DNA of 64,000 nucleotides from Escherichia coli (GTDB lineage Bacteria; Pseudomonadota; Gammaproteobacteria; Enterobacterales; Enterobacteriaceae): NCBI RefSeq assembly GCF_002854065.1, contig NZ_CP024147.1; one strand, 5' to 3'. Shown piece by piece: positions 11,400 to 22,791 of this stretch (position 1 is its first letter; each line of letters starts with the position of its first letter). The notes under the pieces were generated by a model. It saw only the letters and a program-made list of their open reading frames with translations, ran no database searches and was not told where the DNA came from. The position numbers and the translations under genes were made by a program.

Positions 11400-11690
11400 T
11401 TTAGTTGCCAGCAGGTATTATATCGCCATAGATGCTACGAATATTATTGGATTCTCCTTATTATTTGCGGCGCTTTTTTCACTTACCGGAGGTTATATGG
11501 AACCTGATCCCACGCCTCTCCCTCGACGGAGATTAAAACTTTTCCGGTAAGCCCGTCTTTTCACGGCGTTACCGGATGCGTAAGGCCGTGACGTTTTAAC
11601 GTCCCTGCTCAGCTTTATTACCTTCAGGTAAGGCTTCGCCACGCCTGAAGACATTTCTGTACTGTTTCAGACAGTGCGGAGGGACTCCTT
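11400..11690 (+). promoter_or_regulatory. mgtA 5' leader (Mg2+/proline-responsive attenuation region)
   Basis: Long leader upstream of mgtA containing the proline-rich mgtL mini-ORF; known regulatory architecture in enterobacteria. Confidence 0.55.
11497..11550 (+). CDS. mgtL: mgtA leader peptide ([17 protein letters not shown])
   Basis: 17-codon proline-rich ORF read directly from the sequence at the 3' end of a longer spurious ORF, in the mgtA leader. Confidence 0.75.
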
Positions 11691-14387
11691 ATGTTTAAAG
11701 AAATTTTTACCCGGCTCATTCGCCATTTACCTTCCCGTCTGGTTCATCGCGATCCATTGCCTGGCGCGCAGCAGACAGTGAATACGGCGGTCCCGCCGTC
11801 CTTAAGTGCGCATTGCCTGAAAATGGCGGTGATGCCCGAAGAAGAATTATGGAAAACGTTCGACACCCATCCGGAAGGGTTAAATCAGGCGGAAGTGGAA
11901 TCTGCCCGCGAACAACATGGTGAAAATAAATTACCCGCACAACAACCGTCGCCGTGGTGGGTACATTTATGGGTCTGCTATCGCAACCCATTTAATATTT
12001 TACTCACCATTCTCGGCGCTATTTCTTACGCCACGGAAGATTTATTTGCCGCGGGCGTTATCGCGCTAATGGTCGCTATTTCTACGTTGCTGAACTTTAT
12101 TCAGGAAGCACGTTCCACTAAAGCGGCAGATGCCCTGAAAGCGATGGTCAGCAATACTGCGACGGTGCTGCGCGTAATTAACGACAAAGGCGAAAATGGC
12201 TGGCTGGAGATCCCGATCGACCAGCTGGTGCCCGGCGATATTATAAAACTGGCGGCGGGGGATATGATCCCGGCAGATTTACGTATCTTGCAGGCGCGGG
12301 ATCTGTTCGTCGCTCAGGCGTCGTTAACCGGTGAGTCTCTGCCCGTAGAAAAAGCAGCTACCACTCGCCAGCCGGAGCACAGCAATCCGCTGGAGTGCGA
12401 CACCCTGTGTTTTATGGGCACCACCGTGGTGAGCGGCACGGCACAAGCAATGGTGATTGCTACAGGTGCCAATACCTGGTTTGGTCAACTGGCGGGGCGT
12501 GTTAGTGAGCAGGAAAGCGAGCCGAATGCCTTTCAGCAAGGGATCAGCCGCGTCAGTATGCTGCTGATTCGCTTTATGCTGGTGATGGCTCCGGTGGTGC
12601 TGTTAATCAATGGTTACACCAAAGGCGACTGGTGGGAAGCGGCACTGTTTGCGCTTTCGGTCGCGGTAGGCTTAACGCCGGAAATGTTGCCGATGATTGT
12701 TACCTCGACGCTGGCGCGCGGCGCAGTAAAGCTGTCGAAACAGAAAGTGATCGTCAAACATCTGGATGCTATTCAGAACTTTGGCGCAATGGATATTCTG
12801 TGCACTGATAAAACTGGCACCCTGACACAGGACAAAATTGTGCTGGAGAATCATACCGATATCTCCGGTAAAACCAGCGAACGCGTGCTGCATAGCGCGT
12901 GGTTGAACAGTCATTATCAGACCGGACTTAAAAACCTGCTCGATACAGCGGTGCTCGAAGGTACGGATGAAGAGTCAGCGCGCTCGCTGGCCAGTCGTTG
13001 GCAAAAAATCGATGAGATTCCGTTTGATTTCGAGCGTCGCCGGATGTCGGTGGTAGTGGCAGAAAATACCGAGCACCATCAGCTGGTTTGCAAAGGTGCA
13101 TTGCAGGAAATCCTCAATGTGTGTTCGCAGGTGCGTCACAATGGCGAGATTGTGCCGCTCGATGACATCATGCTGCGTAAGATTAAGCGGGTTACTGATA
13201 CGCTGAATCGTCAGGGGCTGCGCGTGGTTGCGGTGGCGACGAAATACCTGCCAGCGCGTGAAGGAGATTACCAGCGGGCGGATGAATCCGACCTGATCCT
13301 CGAAGGATATATTGCTTTCCTTGATCCGCCAAAAGAGACAACTGCTCCGGCACTGAAGGCATTAAAAGCGAGTGGAATTACCGTAAAAATCCTTACTGGT
13401 GACAGTGAGTTAGTTGCAGCGAAAGTGTGCCATGAAGTGGGGCTGGACGCGGGAGAGGTGGTCATTGGTAGTGATATTGAAACGCTATCTGACGACGAAC
13501 TGGCAAATCTCGCACAGCGCACCACGCTGTTTGCTCGTCTGACGCCGATGCATAAAGAACGCATTGTGACCTTACTGAAGCGCGAAGGGCATGTGGTTGG
13601 CTTTATGGGCGATGGTATTAATGATGCGCCCGCCTTACGCGCTGCGGATATCGGCATTTCTGTGGATGGCGCGGTAGATATAGCCCGTGAAGCGGCTGAT
13701 ATCATCCTGCTGGAAAAAAGCCTGATGGTGCTGGAAGAGGGGGTTATTGAGGGACGTCGCACTTTCGCCAACATGCTGAAATACATCAAAATGACGGCGA
13801 GCTCTAACTTCGGTAATGTGTTCAGCGTGCTGGTAGCGAGTGCTTTCTTGCCCTTCCTGCCGATGTTGCCGTTACACTTGCTTATTCAGAACCTGCTGTA
13901 CGATGTGTCACAGGTGGCGATCCCGTTTGATAACGTCGACGACGAGCAAATTCAAAAGCCGCAACGTTGGAATCCGGCGGATCTGGGGCGCTTTATGATC
14001 TTCTTCGGACCGATCAGCTCGATCTTCGATATTCTGACGTTTTGCCTGATGTGGTGGGTATTCCATGCCAACACGCCGGAAACGCAAACGCTGTTCCAGT
14101 CGGGATGGTTTGTGGTGGGCTTACTGTCGCAAACGCTGATTGTGCATATGATCCGTACCCGCCGTGTGCCGTTTATTCAGAGCTGTGCATCGTGGCCGTT
14201 AATGATCATGACCGTGATCGTGATGATTGTCGGGATCGCATTGCCGTTTTCACCGCTGGCCAGTTATCTGCAGCTGCAGGCGCTGCCGTTAAGCTATTTC
14301 CCGTGGCTGGTTGCGATTCTGGCAGGGTATATGACGTTAACCCAGTTGGTGAAAGGATTTTATAGCCGTCGTTACGGCTGGCAATAA
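11691..14387 (+). CDS. mgtA: Mg2+-importing P-type ATPase
   Basis: 898-aa ORF with P-type ATPase motifs (DKTGTLT phosphorylation site, GDGINDAPAL). Confidence 0.92.
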   Translation: MFKEIFTRLIRHLPSRLVHRDPLPGAQQTVNTAVPPSLSAHCLKMAVMPEEELWKTFDTHPEGLNQAEVESAREQHGENKLPAQQPSPWWVHLWVCYRNPFNILLTILGAISYATEDLFAAGVIALMVAISTLLNFIQEARSTKAADALKAMVSNTATVLRVINDKGENGWLEIPIDQLVPGDIIKLAAGDMIPADLRILQARDLFVAQASLTGESLPVEKAATTRQPEHSNPLECDTLCFMGTTVVSGTAQAMVIATGANTWFGQLAGRVSEQESEPNAFQQGISRVSMLLIRFMLVMAPVVLLINGYTKGDWWEAALFALSVAVGLTPEMLPMIVTSTLARGAVKLSKQKVIVKHLDAIQNFGAMDILCTDKTGTLTQDKIVLENHTDISGKTSERVLHSAWLNSHYQTGLKNLLDTAVLEGTDEESARSLASRWQKIDEIPFDFERRRMSVVVAENTEHHQLVCKGALQEILNVCSQVRHNGEIVPLDDIMLRKIKRVTDTLNRQGLRVVAVATKYLPAREGDYQRADESDLILEGYIAFLDPPKETTAPALKALKASGITVKILTGDSELVAAKVCHEVGLDAGEVVIGSDIETLSDDELANLAQRTTLFARLTPMHKERIVTLLKREGHVVGFMGDGINDAPALRAADIGISVDGAVDIAREAADIILLEKSLMVLEEGVIEGRRTFANMLKYIKMTASSNFGNVFSVLVASAFLPFLPMLPLHLLIQNLLYDVSQVAIPFDNVDDEQIQKPQRWNPADLGRFMIFFGPISSIFDILTFCLMWWVFHANTPETQTLFQSGWFVVGLLSQTLIVHMIRTRRVPFIQSCASWPLMIMTVIVMIVGIALPFSPLASYLQLQALPLSYFPWLVAILAGYMTLTQLVKGFYSRRYGWQ

Positions 14388-14445
14388 AGAATAAACTGGG
14401 CACGATAGCCCCGATTCAGATTGTAGACAAAGTAAGCTTTGTTCA

Positions 14446-14536
14446 TGCCGGATGCGGCGTAAATGCCTTATCCGGCCAATAAATTCAATAAATTGCAGGA
14501 ATCACGTAGGCCTGATAAGCGTAGCGCATCAGGCGA
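14446..14536. repeat. REP palindromic repeats
   Basis: gccggatgcggcgtaaatgccttatccggcc and ggcctgataagcgtagcgcatcaggc motifs. Confidence 0.75.
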
Positions 14537-14592
14537 TTTTGCGTTTGTCATCAGACTTAATCCGGGCATGATAGCCCGGATTTCCATCAAGA

Positions 14593-14979
14593 TTAGCGAC
14601 GAACAGCGATCGCTTCGATCTCAATTTTTACGTCTTTCGGCAGACGGGCAACTTCAACGCAAGAACGTGCCGGGAAGGTGGCGTTGTGTTCGGTGAAGAA
14701 GGCTTCGTAAGTGGCGTTTACGGTTGCGAAGTCGTTCAGATCTTTCACAAACACGGTGGTTTTAACGATATCGCCCACTTTCAGGCCAGCGGCTTCGACA
14801 ATCGCTTTTACGTTATCCAGCGACTGACGTGCCTGTGCAGCGACGTCTGCCGGTACTTCACCCGTTTTCGGATTTACCGGGATCTGACCGGAGGTGATGA
14901 TCATATTGCCCAGATCAACGCCCTGTACGTAAGGACCGATAGCTGCCGGTGCATTTTCCGTCGCGATAGTTTTGCTCAT
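14593..14979 (-). CDS. ridA: Enamine/imine deaminase RidA (YjgF)
   Basis: 128-aa YjgF/RidA family sequence; start placed at MSKTIATENAPAA. Confidence 0.88.
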   Translation of the reverse strand: MSKTIATENAPAAIGPYVQGVDLGNMIITSGQIPVNPKTGEVPADVAAQARQSLDNVKAIVEAAGLKVGDIVKTTVFVKDLNDFATVNATYEAFFTEHNATFPARSCVEVARLPKDVKIEIEAIAVRR

Positions 14980-15051
14980 GATTTCTCCTTTATTACAGCG
15001 GTAAAAAGTCTGGCTCATTATAGGGAGCCAGACTTTTATTACCAACCGCAA

Positions 15052-15513
15052 TTAATTGGCCAGCACCACATTATGGGAAAACTCTTTTTCACAGTATTTG
15101 CATTTGAGCGCGATGTCATTGGCGCGTTTTCGCACGGCAAAGCTGGAAGAAACCGGTTCGGCATGGCTGATACAGTTGCTGTTCGGGCAGACCAGCACAT
15201 TGTCGATGCGCTCTGGCAGACTGGGGCGCGATTTACCCACCACTTCATAGTTGTCGATACGGTTAACCGTGGCTTGCGGCGCATACAATGCCAGTTGATC
15301 TACCTGATCTTCACTCAAAAAGGTATTTTCGATTTTGATCAGATCTTTGCGGCCCATCTCGCCAGAAGGCAAGTTCAGACCGATGGTGATGCGCTGATCC
15401 GTTTCGGTCAGCTTGAACAGACTCAACAGCTTAAAACCGATCTGGGCGGGGATATGGTCAATTACCGTGCCGCGTTTAATAGCTTCAACCTGCAATTTAT
15501 TATCGTGTGTCAT
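15052..15513 (-). CDS. pyrI: Aspartate carbamoyltransferase regulatory subunit
   Basis: 153-aa ORF with Zn-binding cysteines (CPNSNC...CKYCEKEF). Confidence 0.92.
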
Positions 15514-15525
15514 CTCTATTTCCCC

Positions 15526-16461
15526 TTACAGTACCAGATCGCGATTCAGAACCAGTGCCAGTAACGCCTGGCGAGCGAAAATCCCATTGCCTGCCTGCTG
15601 GAAGTACCAGGCGTGTGGCGTTTTATCAACATCCGTCGCAATCTCATCAACACGCGGCAGCGGATGCAGCACTTTCATATTGGCTTTGGCGTTGTGGAGA
15701 TCGCTGGCGCGAAGAACAAACTGCGCTTTCACGTTGGCGTACTCGGACGGGTCCAGACGCTCTTTTTGCACGCGGGTCATGTACAGGATGTCTACTTCCG
15801 CCATCACTTCTTCAATAGAGCTGTGCAGACTCCAGGCGATCCCTTTTTCATCAAGCATATCCAGAATGTATTGCGGCATTGCCAGCGCGTCCGGCGCGAT
15901 GAAGTAAAAACGGTTGCCGTCGAACTTCGCTAACGCCTGAGTCAGGGAGTGAACGGTGCGGCCATATTTCAGGTCACCAACCATTGCGACGTGGAGATTG
16001 TCCAGACGCCCCTGGGTTTCCTGAATAGTGAATAAGTCCAGCAAGGTTTGCGTCGGATGTTGGTTGGAGCCATCACCGGCATTCAGTACCGGTACATTGC
16101 CGGAAAACTCGGTGGCCAGGCGCGCCGCACCTTCCTGCGGATGACGCATCACTATCGCATCGACGTAAGTGCTGATAACCGAAATGGTATCGGCCAGCGT
16201 TTCGCCCTTTTTACCCAGTGATGTATTGGCGCTGTCGGAGAAGCCCACCACGCTGGCACCCAGGCGGTGCATAGATGTTTCGAAAGAGAGGCGGGTACGG
16301 GTAGAGGCTTCGAAGAAACAGCTGGCAATGACTTTGTGCTTCAACAGCTCTGGTTGCGGGTTTGCTTTCAGTTTCGCCGCTGTCGCCAGCACCAGATTAA
16401 GGTCATCGCGACTAAGGTCGTTTATGGAAATGATATGTTTCTGATATAGCGGATTAGCCAT
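15526..16461 (-). CDS. pyrB: Aspartate carbamoyltransferase catalytic subunit
   Basis: 311-aa ORF with carbamoyltransferase STRTR motif. Confidence 0.92.
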
Positions 16462-16464
16462 CTT

Positions 16465-16599
16465 TTATCTCCTGACGCCTGGGCAAAAAAAAGCCCCTCG
16501 ATTGAGGGGCTGGGAATGGGTGATCAACGGGAAGAAAAACGGCAGGCCAGCGTCTTTTTTCAGACGCGGTAAGACAAAATGTCGAACACACTGAACCAT
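16465..16599 (-). CDS. pyrL: pyrBI operon leader peptide
   Basis: 44-codon ORF (MVQCVRHFVLPRLKKDAGLPFFFPLITHSQPLNRGAFFCPGVRR) overlapping the attenuator hairpin. Confidence 0.8.
   Translation of the reverse strand: MVQCVRHFVLPRLKKDAGLPFFFPLITHSQPLNRGAFFCPGVRR
16484..16510 (-). terminator. pyrBI attenuator (intrinsic terminator hairpin plus U-run)
   Basis: On the minus strand: GCCCCTCAATCGAGGGGC followed by a run of T, just upstream of pyrB. Confidence 0.8.
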
Positions 16600-16879
16600 A
16601 CATCCTCCCGGCAAATTGTCCGGCATTATACTCATCGTCAGAAGCGGTGCAAGCATTTGATGCAATATTTTGTCAGCGCAAACGGTTTATTTGAATTATA
16701 AGTCAAAATACATGCATTTTTATTTGTTGTGATTCTGCAGGGGAACGGTCGTTCGGTATCAATAATTGCAGACATTTCCTGCTTTTTTCTTTTTCACTTT
16801 CACGCAATCAGATATGCATTTTATTCCATTCATCCGACTTATAGGGCGGAGTGTGAAAACGAACGGCTAACACTATTGC

Positions 16880-17275
16880 TTACTGCTCAGGGATGCGCGC
16901 TATCACTTTAATTTCAAAATCAAAGCCTGCCAGCCATGTAACACCTACCGCCGTCCAGTTTGGATAAGGTGGGGCGCTAAATATTTCATTTTTCACCGTC
17001 ATGATGTCTTCAAATTGGTTTTCTGGATCGGTATGGAAGCTCGTAACATCAATGATATCGTCAAAAGTGCATCCCGCAGCAGCCAGGGTCGCATGCAAAT
17101 TATCAAATGCCAGTCTGACTTGTTGCTGAAAATCGGGTTCTGGTGTTCCGTCCTCTCGACTTCCTACTTGCCCGGAAACAAACAGCAAATCGCCGGAACG
17201 AATAGCCGCAGAATAACGATGTTCTGCATACAGTGAATGTTGGCCAGCAGGGAAAACAGCGGTTCTTTCTACCAT
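16880..17275 (-). CDS. yjgH: RidA-family protein YjgH
   Basis: 131-aa YjgF/YER057c-like fold sequence. Confidence 0.8.
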   Translation of the reverse strand: MVERTAVFPAGQHSLYAEHRYSAAIRSGDLLFVSGQVGSREDGTPEPDFQQQVRLAFDNLHATLAAAGCTFDDIIDVTSFHTDPENQFEDIMTVKNEIFSAPPYPNWTAVGVTWLAGFDFEIKVIARIPEQ

Positions 17276-17405
17276 TTGGTTATCCTCAAGATTTACGACA
17301 TGAACAGAAGATTTCTCTTTACCGGGAGCCGCTTTTAGCGGACGACGTGAGTAAACAAAACCCAGACATCATGGATAATGGCTGGGCTTAATTGAGCGTA
17401 GTCGG

Positions 17406-18119
17406 TTATGCGCCAAACGCGCCATCAATGGTATGCATCGCGCCGGTAACAAAACTGGCTTCTGGCCCTGCTAACCATGCGACCATACCAGCGACCTCTT
17501 CCGGTTGCCCATGTCTTTTGATAGCCATCAAACTATGCAACATATCGCGCATTGGCCCGTTGGCGGGATTAGCGTCGGTATCAATTGGCCCTGGCTGGAC
17601 GACGTTAATGGTGATCCCACGCGGTCCAAAATCACGGGCCAGCCCGCGCGCCATGCCTTGCAGGGCAGATTTGCTGGCGGCATAAGCAGCCATGCCTGCA
17701 ACAGGCATACGATCGCCATTCACGGAGCCGATGATTAAGATGCGCCCGCCTTCGGGCATCTGCCGGGCGGCTTCAACAGAGGCATGATAAGGAGCATGAA
17801 TATTGATTTTGAAAAGGCGATCAATATCGTCGGCATTTAATTCCAGGGCCTCGCCAAAGACGCCAATACCTGCATTTACCACCAGGATATCCAATGCGCC
17901 GCTCTTACGAACGACATCAATGACAGCGTCTCTGTCAGCACTATCTGTGAATACTGCTGTCGCTCCAGTCTCTTGTGCCAGGCGTTTAGCGGCATCTTTC
18001 GACCCCGCATAGGTGAATCGTACATTGGCCCCATCGGTGACGAAACGACGTACGATAGCGGCACCGATACCACGACTGCCACCGAGGATGAGAACTGTCT
18101 TACCTGTAAAAGCGCCCAT
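17406..18119 (-). CDS. bdcA: Short-chain dehydrogenase/reductase BdcA (YjgI)
   Basis: SDR Rossmann motif TGKTVLILGGSRGIG; start placed at the internal Met preceding it. Confidence 0.8.
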   Translation of the reverse strand: MGAFTGKTVLILGGSRGIGAAIVRRFVTDGANVRFTYAGSKDAAKRLAQETGATAVFTDSADRDAVIDVVRKSGALDILVVNAGIGVFGEALELNADDIDRLFKINIHAPYHASVEAARQMPEGGRILIIGSVNGDRMPVAGMAAYAASKSALQGMARGLARDFGPRGITINVVQPGPIDTDANPANGPMRDMLHSLMAIKRHGQPEEVAGMVAWLAGPEASFVTGAMHTIDGAFGA

Positions 18120-18189
18120 AAGGACTCCTTGATTTATTATGTAACATGCATTACAAAACTGTTTTAACTTTCTGTCAACAGGTTTTGTA

Positions 18190-18783
18190 ATGGTCACTAA
18201 AAAACAATCTCGCGTTCCAGGTCGTCCCAGACGTTTCGCTCCTGAGCAGGCAATCTCTGCGGCAAAAGTGCTTTTTCACCAAAAAGGTTTCGATGCTGTC
18301 AGTGTTGCTGAAGTTACTGATTATCTTGGTATTAACCCCCCGAGCCTCTACGCGGCTTTTGGCAGTAAAGCTGGGTTATTTAGCCGTGTACTCAATGAAT
18401 ACGTCGGTACGGAAGCTATTCCGCTTGCCGATATTCTTCGTGATGATCGTCCAGTAGGCGAGTGCCTGGTTGAGGTATTAAAAGAAGCGGCGCGCAGATA
18501 TAGCCAAAACGGCGGCTGCGCTGGCTGTATGGTTCTTGAAGGTATTCATAGTCATGATCCACTAGCGCGTGATATTGCCGTTCAATATTATCACGCCGCA
18601 GAAACGACCATTTATGACTATATCGCCAGGCGGCATCCACAAAGCGCACAATGTGTGACTGATTTTATGAGTACCGTGATGTCAGGGCTTTCTGCGAAGG
18701 CACGGGAGGGGCACTCAATCGAACAACTCTGTGCAACAGCTGCACTGGCGGGGGAAGCGATAAAAACTCTTCTCAAGGAGTGA
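18190..18783 (+). CDS. bdcR: TetR-family transcriptional regulator BdcR (YjgJ)
   Basis: 197-aa ORF with N-terminal TetR HTH; divergent from bdcA. Confidence 0.8.
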   Translation: MVTKKQSRVPGRPRRFAPEQAISAAKVLFHQKGFDAVSVAEVTDYLGINPPSLYAAFGSKAGLFSRVLNEYVGTEAIPLADILRDDRPVGECLVEVLKEAARRYSQNGGCAGCMVLEGIHSHDPLARDIAVQYYHAAETTIYDYIARRHPQSAQCVTDFMSTVMSGLSAKAREGHSIEQLCATAALAGEAIKTLLKE

Positions 18784-18915
18784 TGCTGGCCTTGATCCGA
18801 AAGGCGGGAACGCGCCTGCCGATAAGTTGTGATAAGACAATAATTCACGCGTTAAGGCTAGCGGAATTGATCATCTTTTCGTATAACGATAGAAATGAAA
18901 CGTTGTTTTAATTAA

Positions 18916-19380
<465 letters not shown>

Positions 19381-19502
19381 TGACTTTTCGCCGTAAATAA
19401 CTCCAGGTTTACGGCGAGTTTGTGAAAAGAGCGTTTTTTGATATTTTTTTGTGAGTAAAATTTGTAATGCTTAGACGTTCTTATTAACTCAAGGAGTCCG
19501 TC

Positions 19503-21063
19503 ATGAGCAAAATATCAGGTTGGAATTTTTCTCAAAACATTACATCAGCCGACAATTGTAAACAAAAAAATGAAGACTTAGATACCTGGTATGTGGGAAT
19601 GAATGATTTTGCCCGAATTGCCGGAGGGCAGAATAGCAGAAGCAATATTCTTTCTCCCAGAGCATTTTTGGAGTTTTTGGCTAAGATATTTACCCTGGGT
19701 TATGTGGATTTTAGCAAACGCTCCAACGAAGCGGGTAGAAATATGATGGCTCATATTAAGTCCTCATCTTATATCAAAAATAATGATGGTAGTGAGATAA
19801 TGAAGTTTGTTATGAATAATCCTGAAGGGGAGCGAGCGGATTTATCTAAGGTGGAAATAGAAATTACACTTGCCTCAGCTTTTAATAATGGGATTCGTGA
19901 AGGACATACAGTCATTATATTTACACAACCTGATGGTTCGACTAATCGTTATGAAGGGAAGTCCTTTGAAAGAAAAGATGAGAGTTCATTACACCTGATT
20001 ACTAACAAGATTCTGGCGTGTTACCAACGCGAAGCTAACAAGGAAATAGCTCGTCTATTAAATATTCCGCAGGAGTTAAATAATTCTCAGGACTTGAATA
20101 ACTCGCAGGTGAGTTGTAAAGATTCAGTTGATTCTACGATTACGGATTTATTAGAAAAACCATTGAATAATGCATTATTAGCAATAAGGAAAGAACATCT
20201 GCTATTAATGCCTTATGTATGTAATGAATCGATTTCATACTTGCTTGGTGAAAAAGGGATACTGAAAGAAATAGATGACCTTAACGCAGTAAATAATTAT
20301 CTTCTTAATAATAAGAAAGCTACTGACAATGAAATTAATGACATCAAAGTTAACCTGTCTCATATTCTTATTGATTCCTTAGATGATGCAAAAGTTAACC
20401 TTACACCGGTCATCGATTCGATTCTGGAGATTTTTTTAAAATTCCCATATATTAATGATGTAAGAATACTGGATTGGTGTTTTAATAAAAGAATGCAATA
20501 TTTTGGTGATTCTGAAAAGATAAAGTATGCATGCTCCGTGATAAATCATATTGATTTTAGCCGCGATCAATCTAAAGATTTTAGCTGCGATTAATCTAAA
20601 ATTAAAATAGCTGAGACCTTATTTTTCAATCTCGATAAAGAACACTATAAAAATAGCCGTAAATTACAGGAATTGATTTGGGATAAGTTGGTTGCATATG
20701 TCAATGATTTTAACTTAAGCAATCAAGAAAAATCACGCTTAATACTAAGGTTATTTGATGATGTTAAGTTGCTATTTAATGAAGTGCCTGTCAGCATTTT
20801 AGTAAATGATATTTTTTTTGAAGGATTTTTTCATGAAGCAACCTGATTTTGCTAAGTGGTATTTCTATCAATTACTTAAAGATTATGAGGGCGAACAGCT
20901 GTATCTTAATGAGTTAGGATATGTTTATGGTAATGAAGAAAAAACAAATGAAATTGTAAAAAACAATCCGGGTTATGTCGTTAAGATTTTTGAAGAAAAG
21001 ATGGTTAATGAATTAAAAATTAGAACAAGAATGATGAAAATCCTCCGGAAGATTTACGTATAG
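19503..21063 (+). pseudogene. yjgL: yjgL-like gene, apparently disrupted (premature stop within a 24-bp tandem near-duplication, then a frameshift near a T8 run)
   Basis: ORF 19503-20594 ends at TAA; the same frame stays open for 84 more codons; a third segment continues in another frame from about 20806. Low-complexity Asn/Lys-rich protein. Confidence 0.5.
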
Positions 21064-21163
21064 CAATAGAAAAATATGGATGGAATAATTGAACTATTAC
21101 TGCATAAAATAATGTGATGCCGGGATGTTTTTGTATTTCCCGGCATCTTTATAGCGATATCAA

Positions 21164-22168
21164 TTATTTACTGAGCGTCGCGACCATCACCGCTTTGATG
21201 GTATGCATGCGGTTTTCCGCCTGATCAAAAACAATGCTGGCGGCAGATTCGAAGACCTCATCAGTCACTTCCATTCCGCCATGTAGGCCAAACTCTTCCG
21301 CCATTTTCTTACCAAGCGTCGTCTGGTCGTCATGAAACGCGGGCAGGCAGTGGAGGAATTTGACCTCCGGGTTACCGGTCAACTGCATCATCTTGCTGTT
21401 CACCTGATAATCACGCAGTAATGCAATCCGTTCTGCCCATTTCTCTTTTGCTTCCCCCATCGACACCCATACATCGGTATAGATAAAGTCAGCACCTTCA
21501 ACTCCTTTGGCTACATCTTCCGTCAGCGTAATATTCCCGCCATTTTGCTGTGCCAGGGCGCGGCATTCCGTAACCAGCGCAGCTTCCGGCCAGCATGCCT
21601 GTGGCGCGACCAGACGCAAATCCAGACCGGTAAGCGCCGCAGCTTCGAGCATCGAATTGCCCATGTTGTTACGTGCGTCACCTGCATAGACCAGCGTCAT
21701 TTCGTTGAATGCTTTACCGGGTAAATGCTCCTGCATGGTGAGGAGATCCGCCAGCAACTGCGTGGGGTGAAACTCATTGGTCAGGCCGTTCCATACCGGC
21801 ACGCCAGCGTATTCCGCCAGTGTTTCGACAATCTCCTGACCATAGCCGCGATACTGAATACCGTCATACATGCGACCCAGCACGCGGGCAGTGTCTTTAA
21901 TCGACTCTTTATGACCAATCTGACTGCCGCTTGGGCCGAGATAAGTAACGCGAGCACCCTGGTCATATGCGGCAACTTCGAAAGAGCATCGGGTACGGGT
22001 CGAGTCTTTTTCGAAGATGAGCGCGATGTTTTTACCAGTGAGTTTGGCTTCTTCTTTGCCGCTTTTCTTATCGGCTTTCAGCTTCGCGGCTAACTGCAGC
22101 AGGCTGTTGAGTTCAGCTGGCGTGAAATCGAGTAATTTCAGGAAATGCTTATGATAAAACCCGGACAT
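21164..22168 (-). CDS. argI: Ornithine carbamoyltransferase chain I
   Basis: 334-aa ORF with STRTR and HCLP carbamoyltransferase motifs. Confidence 0.92.
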
Positions 22169-22193
22169 AGATCCCTCCTGTGGCTAACACCTC

Positions 22194-22232
22194 AATGAAT
22201 TAAAATTCAATTTATATGGATGATTATTCATT
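22194..22232. promoter_or_regulatory. Tandem ARG boxes (ArgR operator) in the argI promoter
   Basis: aaTGAATtaaaATTCAat is a near-perfect match to the ARG-box consensus, followed 3 bp later by a second degenerate box (tggatgattattcatt), just upstream of argI. Confidence 0.65.
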
Positions 22233-22329
22233 TGCAAGTCTAAAGCATAAATCTTTGTCACAAAGGTGGAGGCAATGTCAGTGGTGTGTGACAATAAGAG
22301 TATCGGCAGGACATTAAGAGGAATGAGCC

Positions 22330-22746
22330 ATGGCAAACCCGGAACAACTGGAAGAACAGCGTGAAGAAACACGTTTGATTATTGAAGAATTACTGGAAGA
22401 TGGCAGCGATCCGGACGCGCTGTATACCATCGAACACCATCTTTCCGCAGACGATCTGGAAACCCTGGAAAAAGCAGCAGTTGAAGCGTTTAAACTCGGT
22501 TACGAAGTGACCGATCCAGAAGAGCTGGAAGTTGAAGATGGTGATATCGTGATTTGCTGCGACATCCTCAGCGAGTGCGCGTTGAATGCCGATCTGATCG
22601 ATGCCCAGGTTGAACAACTGATGACGCTGGCGGAGAAATTTGACGTTGAGTACGACGGTTGGGGCACTTACTTTGAAGATCCCAACGGCGAAGACGGCGA
22701 CGATGAAGATTTTGTCGATGAAGACGATGACGGGGTTCGCCACTAA
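22330..22746 (+). CDS. rraB: RNase E inhibitor RraB (YjgD)
   Basis: 138-aa highly acidic protein recognised as RraB. Confidence 0.85.
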
Positions 22747-22791
22747 TTAATTGATTAAAATGCCCGATAGCACACACTAGCGGGCATTTTT

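Noticed and set aside
11209-11550. 113-aa ORF upstream of mgtA
   Set aside because: Overlaps the treR start and promoter region; only its last 17 codons (mgtL) are a known translated element.
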